Shown: positions 32,648 through 40,706 of the stretch, one piece after another
Layout: the number at the start of each line of letters is the position of its first letter
How positions within the stretch are numbered: the first letter of the stretch is position 1
Assembly: GCA_003519445.1 (NCBI GenBank)
Contig: DOWS01000020.1
Span: forward strand, 1-60,161
Direction of reading: 5' to 3'
Length of the DNA: 60,161 nucleotides
From: Candidatus Daviesbacteria bacterium
GTDB taxonomy: Bacteria > Patescibacteriota > Microgenomatia > Daviesbacterales > UBA10151
Translations under genes and position numbers: made by a program
Notes under the pieces: model-generated
What the model was told of the DNA's origin: nothing
Database searches by the model: none
What the model saw: only the letters and a program-made list of their open reading frames with translations

Positions 32648-35332
32648 TTAATTAGGATAATGACACTTCTTGTATTTTTTGCCGGAACCACAATAACAGG
32701 GATCGTTTCTGCCGATTTTTCCGTGAGTCTTGGTTAGTTGACCTTGTCCTCCATAGGTTTCTTGCGCTATCACCTGCCCACCTCTTTCAATTGTAACTTT
32801 TGTTACTCCACCCTCTTCTGCTTTTCCGGTTTTTACTTCCTTTTTTTCAGTTTCTACCCCGATTTCTATTTCAGGATGTTTTTCCTCCACCGCCTCTTTT
32901 TGTACCAGAGGTGCTTGCTGCTGCAACGCCACTTTATAAATCCTGTGGACTATTTCATAATCTACCTCCACCATTAATTTTTCAAACAAATCAAAACCTT
33001 CTCTTTTATATTCAATTAAAGGATCTCTTTGGGCATACCCCCTAAGCCCTATTCCGGAACGCAGATCATCCATTGTATCAAGATGTTCAATCCATAAAGT
33101 ATCAATGGTATTTAGATAAACAAATACTTCCATTTGTCTTGCCACATCAATTCCCACCTGATTTTCGCGCTGTTCATAAAAATTCCTGGCCAAACCTGTT
33201 AAAAATTCACTTATTTGGGAAGGGTCGGAAAGAGTTGAAATTTTGCTTTCTATATCTTTCTTGCTTTGATCATCAATTGGCGCAATAGTGGAAAACTCCT
33301 CCACGATTTTCCCAACATCCAAACCTTCTTCAGAATGTATGATGACAAGATTTTTAATTTCTCCGGCTACTTTTTCCAGAATTTCCTCTTTCAAAGATGT
33401 ATCTTTTTTCTGCGCTGCTTCCAAAACTCTTTTCCTTACTCCGTAAATAATTTGTCGTTGCTGGTTCATCACATCATCGTATTCAACCGTGTTTTTCCTG
33501 ATGTCAAAATTGTGGCCTTCCACTTTTTTCTGCGCGCCTTCAATGGCTTTTGAAACCAAACCATGTTCGATAGGGGTATCTTCCGGCATTTTAAGAAAAT
33601 CCATCACCCGGGAAACCTGATCTCCTCCAAAAATCCTCATCAGGTCATCTTCCAAAGAAACAAAAAACCTCGACTCACCCGGATCACCCTGGCGGCCTGA
33701 TCTTCCCCGAAGCTGATTATCTATACGGCGGGACTCATGTCTTTCTGTTCCAATCACAAAAAGCCCACCCAATTCTGTAATACCTTTACTTAAAACAATA
33801 TCCACTCCCCTTCCTGCCATATTAGTAGCCACAGTCACAGCGCCTTTTTCTCCTGCATGAGATATAATCTCTGCTTCTTTCTCGTGATTTTTGGCATTTA
33901 AAAGTGCGTGGGATACGCCCTTTCTTTTTAAAAGCTCCGAGAGAAATTCATTTTTTTCAATTGAGGTCGTACCTATCAAAACCGGCTGGCCTTTTTTGTG
34001 AAGCTCCTCCACTAAACCGGCAACTGCAGTGTATTTAGCGCTTATGGTTTTATAAATTGTATCCGCATGATCTACCCTGATCATAGGATTATTAGTTGGA
34101 ATTACCACCACTTCCAGTTTGTAAATTTTATTAAATTCTTCTGCTTCTGTGGCCGCAGTGCCTGTCATACCGGAGAGTTTCACATACATCCTAAAATAAT
34201 TTTGAAAAGAAATGGTAGCCAAAGTTTGAGACTCCTGTTGAATAGCCACTCCTTCTTTAGCCTCAATTGCCTGATGCAAACCCTCGGAATAACGGCGGCC
34301 CATCATTAGCCTGCCGGTAAATTCATCAACAATAATTATCTCTCCGTCTTTAACCACATAATCTTTATCTTTTTCAAATAAGGTTTTTGCTTTTAGGGCC
34401 TGCTCAAGATGATGCAGTGTGGAAAAATCTTTTTCGTAAAGATTATCAACTCCCAACATTTTCTCTATCTTCAAAATACCGTTTTCTGTCATATGGGCAG
34501 TCCGCAGTTTTTCATCCACCACGAAGTCCGACGGTAACAGTGAATTTATCAACTCTACGAATTTAGAATATTTATCAGTTGCCTCCTGTGCCGGCTGGGA
34601 AATAATTAAAGGAGTTCTCGCCTCATCAATTAAAATTGAATCTACCTCGTCAACTACTGCAAAATAGTGACCTCTTTGAACCTGATCCTCCAAACGGAAA
34701 GCCATGTTATCCCGCAGATAATCAAATCCAAACTCATTATTGGTACCATAGGTAATATCTGCCTGGTAAGCCTCTTTTCGCGAAACAGGGCGAAGGTGTT
34801 GCAGTCTTTTGTCATCATGAGATAAATCTTTATATTTTGGATCATACACAAAAGCAGCCTCATGAACAATGGTGGCACATGTGGCTCCCAAAGCATAAAA
34901 AATTGGCCCCATCCATCCACAGTCTCTTTGTGCCAAATAATCATTAACAGTTACAAGATGCACCCCTTTTCCGGCAACAGCATTTAAAAATAGAGCCGGG
35001 GTACTGGATAGGGTTTTTCCTTCGCCTGTTTTTTGCTCCGCAATCCTGCCTTGATGAAGAACCACTGCCGCCATCATCTGTACGTCAAAATGGCGTTGTT
35101 TAATAGTTCTTGAACTTGCTTCCCGAACAGCGGCAAAAGCCTCAGGAAGTAACTCATCCAGACTTTTTCCCCGTTCGTGTTGCAATCTAAACCCGGCAAG
35201 TTTACCCTGAAGTTCTTTATCAGTCAGTTTAGATACTTTTTTTTCAAGAGCATTAATCGCATCAACAATAGGTTTTAGTTTTTTAATCTCCCGCTCATTG
35301 GAATCTAACAGCTTTCCAAAAATTCCTAGCAT
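32648..35332 (-). CDS. secA: preprotein translocase ATPase SecA
   Basis: EQKTGEGKTL (Walker A), VDEVDSILIDEARTPLIIS, TNMAGRGVDI, C-terminal zinc finger CYCGSGKKYKKCH. Confidence 0.95.
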   Translation of the reverse strand: MLGIFGKLLDSNEREIKKLKPIVDAINALEKKVSKLTDKELQGKLAGFRLQHERGKSLDELLPEAFAAVREASSRTIKQRHFDVQMMAAVVLHQGRIAEQKTGEGKTLSSTPALFLNAVAGKGVHLVTVNDYLAQRDCGWMGPIFYALGATCATIVHEAAFVYDPKYKDLSHDDKRLQHLRPVSRKEAYQADITYGTNNEFGFDYLRDNMAFRLEDQVQRGHYFAVVDEVDSILIDEARTPLIISQPAQEATDKYSKFVELINSLLPSDFVVDEKLRTAHMTENGILKIEKMLGVDNLYEKDFSTLHHLEQALKAKTLFEKDKDYVVKDGEIIIVDEFTGRLMMGRRYSEGLHQAIEAKEGVAIQQESQTLATISFQNYFRMYVKLSGMTGTAATEAEEFNKIYKLEVVVIPTNNPMIRVDHADTIYKTISAKYTAVAGLVEELHKKGQPVLIGTTSIEKNEFLSELLKRKGVSHALLNAKNHEKEAEIISHAGEKGAVTVATNMAGRGVDIVLSKGITELGGLFVIGTERHESRRIDNQLRGRSGRQGDPGESRFFVSLEDDLMRIFGGDQVSRVMDFLKMPEDTPIEHGLVSKAIEGAQKKVEGHNFDIRKNTVEYDDVMNQQRQIIYGVRKRVLEAAQKKDTSLKEEILEKVAGEIKNLVIIHSEEGLDVGKIVEEFSTIAPIDDQSKKDIESKISTLSDPSQISEFLTGLARNFYEQRENQVGIDVARQMEVFVYLNTIDTLWIEHLDTMDDLRSGIGLRGYAQRDPLIEYKREGFDLFEKLMVEVDYEIVHRIYKVALQQQAPLVQKEAVEEKHPEIEIGVETEKKEVKTGKAEEGGVTKVTIERGGQVIAQETYGGQGQLTKTHGKIGRNDPCYCGSGKKYKKCHYPN

Positions 35333-35339
35333 AGTGCAT

Positions 35340-35348
35340 ATTATACCA
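35340..35348 (-). promoter_or_regulatory. extended -10 (TGG-TATAAT), 7 nt upstream of secA ATG 35332
   Basis: Minus strand: tggTATAAT-atgcact-ATG. Confidence 0.5.
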
Positions 35349-35397
35349 TTGACATTTAACTAACTAATTTATAAACTATAAATAACAAACTGCCCAA

Positions 35398-36240
35398 ATG
35401 GATAACACACAAAAACCTAGCTCATTACCCACCTTTGATCCAGTACCTCCTCCAAGCCCTCCGCAATATCCCACCTTTCCCCAAGAACCACCTCCTATAA
35501 CTCCTGCACCTCCACCCCCTGTTACTACCCCTCCATGGCCTCCGGCTCCGGAACCTGCTCCTGTTTCACCCTTACCTCCCTTTCCAAGCGAACCTTTTAC
35601 TCCAGTAGAGCCAAACTTGAATTCTGCAAATCTCTCTTCAGGCTGGCCTCCGCCCCCGACATCACCTGCTCCACCAACCCCACCTCCCCCTCCAAATATT
35701 TCGACATCCCCTCTTGATAATCCCTGGGGTGCACCACCTCAACCACCTCCCATAAGTAATCCTTCAACTCCACCTCCATGGACGCCACCTCAAACGCCGG
35801 TTGAAACTTCAGATTCACCACCCACTGATTTATCACATCTGGTTGGAAACAGCTCCCAGCCGGAACCAACGCCAACAAATTTAAATCAGGCGGAAACGCT
35901 GGTTGTTCCATCAACCATTACTCCTGAAACATCTACCGAACCTTCTGAACATAACAAGAGAGGAGTACCAAAATGGTTAATTGGTGTAGGGGTGGGACTT
36001 TTGCTTGCGGTACTCGGTGTTTCTGCTTATTTTATTATGGGGATTGGCCAGACTCCCAAAACAACCAGCTTACCGGCAGTTGATACTTCACAAGCAACAC
36101 AAATTAAACCTCCTGCCCCGATTGCTACTCCACCAGTTCAATCCCCGGCTCCTGTAGATAATTCTGCCAGTTTTGGGGATTTACAAGGCGGGGGACAACA
36201 AGCTACCCGGGCAGGAGACTTACTCCGCCAAGGAAGATAA
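35398..36240 (+). CDS. proline-rich membrane protein (single TM)
   Basis: About 170 aa of P/T/S-rich low complexity, TM WLIGVGVGLLLAVLGVSAYFIMGI, short P-rich tail. TTGACA-17-TAAACT promoter at about 35350-35378. Confidence 0.5.
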   Translation: MDNTQKPSSLPTFDPVPPPSPPQYPTFPQEPPPITPAPPPPVTTPPWPPAPEPAPVSPLPPFPSEPFTPVEPNLNSANLSSGWPPPPTSPAPPTPPPPPNISTSPLDNPWGAPPQPPPISNPSTPPPWTPPQTPVETSDSPPTDLSHLVGNSSQPEPTPTNLNQAETLVVPSTITPETSTEPSEHNKRGVPKWLIGVGVGLLLAVLGVSAYFIMGIGQTPKTTSLPAVDTSQATQIKPPAPIATPPVQSPAPVDNSASFGDLQGGGQQATRAGDLLRQGR

Positions 36241-36516
36241 TTACTTTATTCCTTTGTGAATATACTTTAGCCACCAATTTTTAACAAGAGGGACAGATAA
36301 AGTTGATAAAATAAATGCCACTGCCGGAACTATGGAATTAACAAAAGGTTGACTAATACCCGCGAACAAAAAGAAAAGCGAAATTACGAAATAAGTTAAA
36401 AGAGATATCAAAAGTTTTCTGGTCCAACTTACCTCCCAGGATTTTTCTCTCTCCACCCGTTTGTTTCTTTCTTTAATTTTATTAATTTCCAATTCTAAAT
36501 CTTGAATTGTAGCCAT
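36241..36516 (-). CDS. small 2-TM membrane protein with coiled N-terminus
   Basis: Start moved to MATIQDLELEINKIKERNK (36516). The 14 upstream codons of the ORF-track call lie inside the 56-nt repeat. Confidence 0.5.
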   Translation of the reverse strand: MATIQDLELEINKIKERNKRVEREKSWEVSWTRKLLISLLTYFVISLFFLFAGISQPFVNSIVPAVAFILSTLSVPLVKNWWLKYIHKGIK

Positions 36517-36519
36517 AAG

Positions 36520-36575
36520 TTTTAGCTTTCCAATCCCGGATTGGAATTGACTTGACAATCCGGGATTGTAGGTTC
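36520..36575. repeat. 56-nt palindromic element, copy 2 (serS 3' end / intergenic)
   Basis: Identical to 12154-12209. Overlaps the serS stop codon by 2 nt. Confidence 0.9.
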
Positions 36576-37806
36576 ATTTAGATTTGATTTCAGAAAATCC
36601 GGTGTATTTTTGTAAAACTTCCGGAATTTTGACAGATCCATCTTCTGCTTGAAAATTTTCCAATAGGGGAATCAGAATGCGGGGAGAGGCAATGGCAGTA
36701 TTATTTAAGGCATGGCAGAATTTTATTTGCCCATCTTTATCGCGATATTTAATCTTTAATCTTCTGGTTTGGAAATCCAAACACATGGAATTTGAATGGG
36801 TTTCGCCGTACCCGTCTCTGCCGGGCATCCAGGTTTCTATATCATAAGTTATGGCCGCCTTTTTCCCCATATCTTGACTTGATAAAACCACCACTTGATA
36901 GGGGAGTCCAAGCATATCCAAAATCTCCTCGCTATTTTCCTGCAGCTCCTCAAAAAAACCCAAAGACTCCTGTTCGTCCGCTTCGCATAACACAACCTGT
37001 TCTACTTTAACAAATTCATGTACCCTATAAAGACCCTTGGTATCTTTTCCGTATGAACCAATTTCCGTTCTAAAACAAGGCGAAAGAGCCACATATTTTT
37101 TAGGTAAATCTTTTATATCAAAAGTTTCACCGGAATGCATAGCCATCAAGGGAATTTCCGCCGTACCAACTAAATATTCATCCTCTCCTAATTTATATGT
37201 ATCTTCTTCGTTCCAGGGAAACTGTCCCCCTCCTAAAAGAGCAAACCCTTTATTGATAATAGGAGGAATAATCTGTTGAAGTCCCTTTTGAGTTAAATGA
37301 TCCAAGGCAAATTTTAAAACTGCGCAGTGCAATTTTGCTCCCTCATTCTTTAAATAATATCCCCGAAATCCTGCCACTTTCACTCCCCTGTCAAAATCAA
37401 TAATATCTAAAAGTTTTCCCAGTTCTATATGATCTTTGGGCTTAAAATTAAATTTAGTTGGTTCACCATTTTTACGGATAACTTTATTTTTAGAGGCATC
37501 CCCTATTGGCACTTCATCCAGTATAATATTCGGCACTTGCAGCATTATTTCTTGCCAGTTCTTTTCTACCTCAGCCAGGTTTTTCTCAAAATCACCGAGT
37601 TCCTGTTTTATTTTTTTTCCGGCTTCTATATTCTTGGCTTTCGCATTCTCATTTCGTTTTGCCCGCAAATCATCTACCTGTTGGATGAGTTTTTTTCTAT
37701 CATCATCCAAAGATAAAAGCTTATTTAAGTCCACTTGAGCTTTTCTGACTTCAACAGATTTTTTAACTTTGTCTAAATTGTCTCTAATAAAATTAATGTC
37801 TAACAT
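36574..37806 (-). CDS. serS: seryl-tRNA synthetase
   Basis: MLDINFIRDNLDKV, coiled-coil arm, class II motifs (FRTEIGSYGKDTKGLYRVHEF, HALNNTAIASPR). Start moved to ATG 37806. Confidence 0.9.
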   Translation of the reverse strand: MLDINFIRDNLDKVKKSVEVRKAQVDLNKLLSLDDDRKKLIQQVDDLRAKRNENAKAKNIEAGKKIKQELGDFEKNLAEVEKNWQEIMLQVPNIILDEVPIGDASKNKVIRKNGEPTKFNFKPKDHIELGKLLDIIDFDRGVKVAGFRGYYLKNEGAKLHCAVLKFALDHLTQKGLQQIIPPIINKGFALLGGGQFPWNEEDTYKLGEDEYLVGTAEIPLMAMHSGETFDIKDLPKKYVALSPCFRTEIGSYGKDTKGLYRVHEFVKVEQVVLCEADEQESLGFFEELQENSEEILDMLGLPYQVVVLSSQDMGKKAAITYDIETWMPGRDGYGETHSNSMCLDFQTRRLKIKYRDKDGQIKFCHALNNTAIASPRILIPLLENFQAEDGSVKIPEVLQKYTGFSEIKSK

Positions 37807-37807
37807 A

Positions 37808-38398
37808 TTATTTCTTCTGCCAATCTCTGGCAGGTTCAACTTCCCCGCTTAAAATCAAATCTACTGCTTTTTTGTGCCAGTCAAATTTGGTTATATGATA
37901 CACCTGCTTAAAATATTTTAACGCATTTTGAGCCCCGGGTACACCCTTGGCTTGGGCCAAGGCATCTAAATTATCAGCTGCTTTTACTACTCTTGCCTCC
38001 ATTGTATTCCTTTGATTATATTCTTCAACCAGTTCAATTATTTCTTTTTTAGAATCCAAACCGTCAACCAAGGCAGCCACCCCTTCTTCTTCAATATTTT
38101 TAAAAACCCCTCCTGCCATACCTTTGACAAAAGTCCCCACATCCCCCACAATTGTTTCTCCAATATCATGAACCAGTCCCATTTTTAAAACTTTTTCAGC
38201 ATCTAAATTTAATCCTTCTTTTTGTAATTGTTTTGCTAAAAAATAGGCCAAAAGGGCAGTGGAAAAAGAATGTGCTGCCACAGAATCCGCCTCATTTCTT
38301 TTAAACCCCATTGCAATAAAACCCTGTCTGGGAAGCTCCTTGGCCCACTGCAAGGTTAAAAATACTTTTAAAATTTTTTTAAGATCATTTATTTTCAT
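37808..38398 (-). CDS. HD-domain phosphohydrolase (YfbR-like 5'-nucleotidase type)
   Basis: SVAAHSFSTALLAYFLA ... LVHDIGETIVGDV. Confidence 0.75.
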   Translation of the reverse strand: MKINDLKKILKVFLTLQWAKELPRQGFIAMGFKRNEADSVAAHSFSTALLAYFLAKQLQKEGLNLDAEKVLKMGLVHDIGETIVGDVGTFVKGMAGGVFKNIEEEGVAALVDGLDSKKEIIELVEEYNQRNTMEARVVKAADNLDALAQAKGVPGAQNALKYFKQVYHITKFDWHKKAVDLILSGEVEPARDWQKK

Positions 38399-39852
38399 TT
38401 CTTTCTCTTTTCCGGGCGGAGCATGGGAAATGCTATCACATCGGCAATAGCAGGGGAGTTAGTCAAAACCATTACCCACCTATCTATTCCCGGACCAATT
38501 CCGGAAGTGGGAGGCATACCATATTCCAAAGCCTCCAAAAAATCATCATCTGTTTTTTGCGCTTCCTGATTTCCCTTTTTGGCTTTCTTTTTTTCCTCAT
38601 TCCAGGCTTCTTGTAAAACAGCAGGGTCATTTTGCTCGCTCCAGTTGGTACCCATTTCCATGCCTGCCACATAAATATCAAAGCTTTCCACCAGTTTTGG
38701 ATTATCTTTTTTTCTTTTGGCCAAAGGGTAAAAATCAGCAGGGTAGTCATAAACAAAGGTTGGCTGAATCAATTGATCCGTGCATTTTTTCTCAAAAATC
38801 TCCAGCAAAATCTCCCCGTCAGTCATGTAATCTTTTATTTCCACCCCTAATTTTTTAGCAAGTTTTATTGCTTTTTCCAAACTGTCTATTTCATGAAAAT
38901 GTACACCTGTGTGTTTTTTAAATAAATCCGAAAGCTTCACTCTCTGCCAAGGTCTTTTGTAATCTATAATTTTGCCTTGAAAGGGCAGTTTTGTTGTTTT
39001 AAAAACTGCTCTTGCCACATATTCAAACATCTCCTCAATTAAATTCATATTATCCATATAATCCGCATAAGCTTCCATTGTTTCCAGCATGGTAAATTCG
39101 GGATTGTGGTTTCTATCCATTCCCTCATTTCTAAAAACATGGCCGATTTCAAAAACTTTCTCAAATCCACCCACAATTAATCTTTTTAAATAAAGCTCAT
39201 TGGAAATTCTTAAATAAAAATTACTGTCCAAAGCGCTGTGATGAGTTTTAAAGGGCTTGGCCCTGCCTCCGCCGTAAACCGGCTGCAAAATGGGGTTTTC
39301 CACTTCCATATAACCTTTTTCCTCAATTAAAAATTTTCTAATATAATAGGTAATTTTAGAGCGGGCCTCAAAGATTTTTTTGACACTATCATTCATTAAC
39401 ATGTCAACATATCTTCTCCTGTATCTTTCTTCCACATCTTTCAGGCCATACCAGGAAGAGGGTAAAGGACGCAAACTTTTAGTTAAAACAGTAAAATCAT
39501 CCGCGTCAACAGTAATCTCGCCCGACTGGGTTCTAATAACATTTCCCGTTACCTGCAGAAAATCCCCAAGGTCAAAATTGGGCAGTAGATCATACTGTTC
39601 GCCTTTAAAGCCATCCTGTCTGAATAAAAGCTGAATTTTGCCGGTAGCGTCTTCCAAATCAACAAAGGTAATTTTTCCATGAGGACGAAGGGATCTTACT
39701 CTTCCTGCCACCGCCACCTTTTTCCCCATCATTTTCCTAGCAACAAAAATCTCATGCTTCCTATTGGACTTTGAAGGGAAAGGATTAATCCCCAGTCTCT
39801 GGATATTTTTTAATTTCTTAAGACGCTCTTTTTGAAGATTCTCTAAAGCCAT
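38395..39852 (-). CDS. lysS: lysyl-tRNA synthetase, class II
   Basis: OB-fold N-terminal domain (VAVAGRVRSLRPHGKITFVDLED), FRNEGMDRNHNPEFTMLE, GIGPGIDRWVM. Confidence 0.9.
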   Translation of the reverse strand: MALENLQKERLKKLKNIQRLGINPFPSKSNRKHEIFVARKMMGKKVAVAGRVRSLRPHGKITFVDLEDATGKIQLLFRQDGFKGEQYDLLPNFDLGDFLQVTGNVIRTQSGEITVDADDFTVLTKSLRPLPSSWYGLKDVEERYRRRYVDMLMNDSVKKIFEARSKITYYIRKFLIEEKGYMEVENPILQPVYGGGRAKPFKTHHSALDSNFYLRISNELYLKRLIVGGFEKVFEIGHVFRNEGMDRNHNPEFTMLETMEAYADYMDNMNLIEEMFEYVARAVFKTTKLPFQGKIIDYKRPWQRVKLSDLFKKHTGVHFHEIDSLEKAIKLAKKLGVEIKDYMTDGEILLEIFEKKCTDQLIQPTFVYDYPADFYPLAKRKKDNPKLVESFDIYVAGMEMGTNWSEQNDPAVLQEAWNEEKKKAKKGNQEAQKTDDDFLEALEYGMPPTSGIGPGIDRWVMVLTNSPAIADVIAFPMLRPEKRKK

Positions 39853-39858
39853 GGCTAA

Positions 39859-39864
39859 AGTATA
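39859..39864 (-). promoter_or_regulatory. -10 box TATACT, 6 nt upstream of lysS ATG 39852
   Basis: Minus strand: TATACT-ttagcc-ATG. Confidence 0.4.
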
Positions 39865-39894
39865 ACCGAAGATTGCGGTTTTTGAAAGAAGAAA

Positions 39895-40644
39895 TTATTT
39901 AAGTTCACCAACTACATACTGCGAATCTCTTTGGGTTAATCTCATCCCGAAATCTTTCATCCTCCTTCGAAATTCCATGGTGGGACCATGATCTGGTCTT
40001 GAGACATAAGCTCTATTTGGTTCAAGATAATCATCCCTACTTACTCCTGTCCTCCAATCAACAGCTCTTCCATTTAAGCGGACTCTCATAAAGAGCCCTG
40101 CCATAATCTCTTGCGCTAGGGGATCTATATCGTACAAACCATCCCATGGATGAAGTCGTCCTGGTACAAATATTCCCGACTCACGAACTGAATATGCTGC
40201 TACTGGGTTTGATGTTCTATGTCCATACCACCTTGCTTCTTGATGTATAATCAAAGCTTGTTGCACAGAGTATCTTCCCAAATGTAATCCTCTGTACTGT
40301 TCCTCGAACGCTCGAAAAACATGATAAAGAAGGGGGATGTCTCCTGTAGATGTACGGATATGGAATAGACGCTGGAGTGAAATTCCTATTTTCTCATCTT
40401 CTGTTCTCGTCCTAAATAACATAACACTTGGAATTTCACTCTCTTTTCTGCGATCAAGGACTTTCATTGCCCTTTCCATCATTTCCTTGGCTGCTGCTTC
40501 TCCCCACACAATTGTCGCAAAATTGATGGCAATTCCTCTTAAAGAATCCAAATTTTCCACATAAGAGTCACCGGTATACACATCTACCGCAAATCCATCA
40601 TGCTCAATTGTTCTAGCTCCCCGAGATTCTGCTGTCATTATCAT
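39895..40644 (-). CDS. hypothetical protein, possible GNAT-like fold
   Basis: VFRAFEEQYRGLHLGRYSVQQAL loosely resembles GNAT motif A (R/QxxGxG/A). Otherwise unrecognised. Higher GC than its neighbours by eye. Confidence 0.35.
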   Translation of the reverse strand: MIMTAESRGARTIEHDGFAVDVYTGDSYVENLDSLRGIAINFATIVWGEAAAKEMMERAMKVLDRRKESEIPSVMLFRTRTEDEKIGISLQRLFHIRTSTGDIPLLYHVFRAFEEQYRGLHLGRYSVQQALIIHQEARWYGHRTSNPVAAYSVRESGIFVPGRLHPWDGLYDIDPLAQEIMAGLFMRVRLNGRAVDWRTGVSRDDYLEPNRAYVSRPDHGPTMEFRRRMKDFGMRLTQRDSQYVVGELK

Positions 40645-40706
40645 AGTATAATCAGACAGGAATTATACTTCATATATAAAAATAATGCAATTTTTAGTCT
40701 GAAATA

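Noticed and set aside
32738-34309. Several 70-95-aa plus-strand ORFs antisense to secA. Similar antisense ORFs lie within lon, hppA, nrdJ, lysS, serS, amt and the GT-C genes.
   Set aside because: They lie entirely inside strongly supported genes on the other strand, have low-complexity F/L/I-rich translations, and have no start signals. They are artefacts of AT-rich sequence.
35535-35914. Alternative-frame and antisense ORFs (35535..35717 plus, 35597..35914 minus) within the proline-rich gene.
   Set aside because: The long plus-strand frame, with a TM segment and its own promoter, is the more parsimonious gene. The others are by-products of the CCN-rich repeat.
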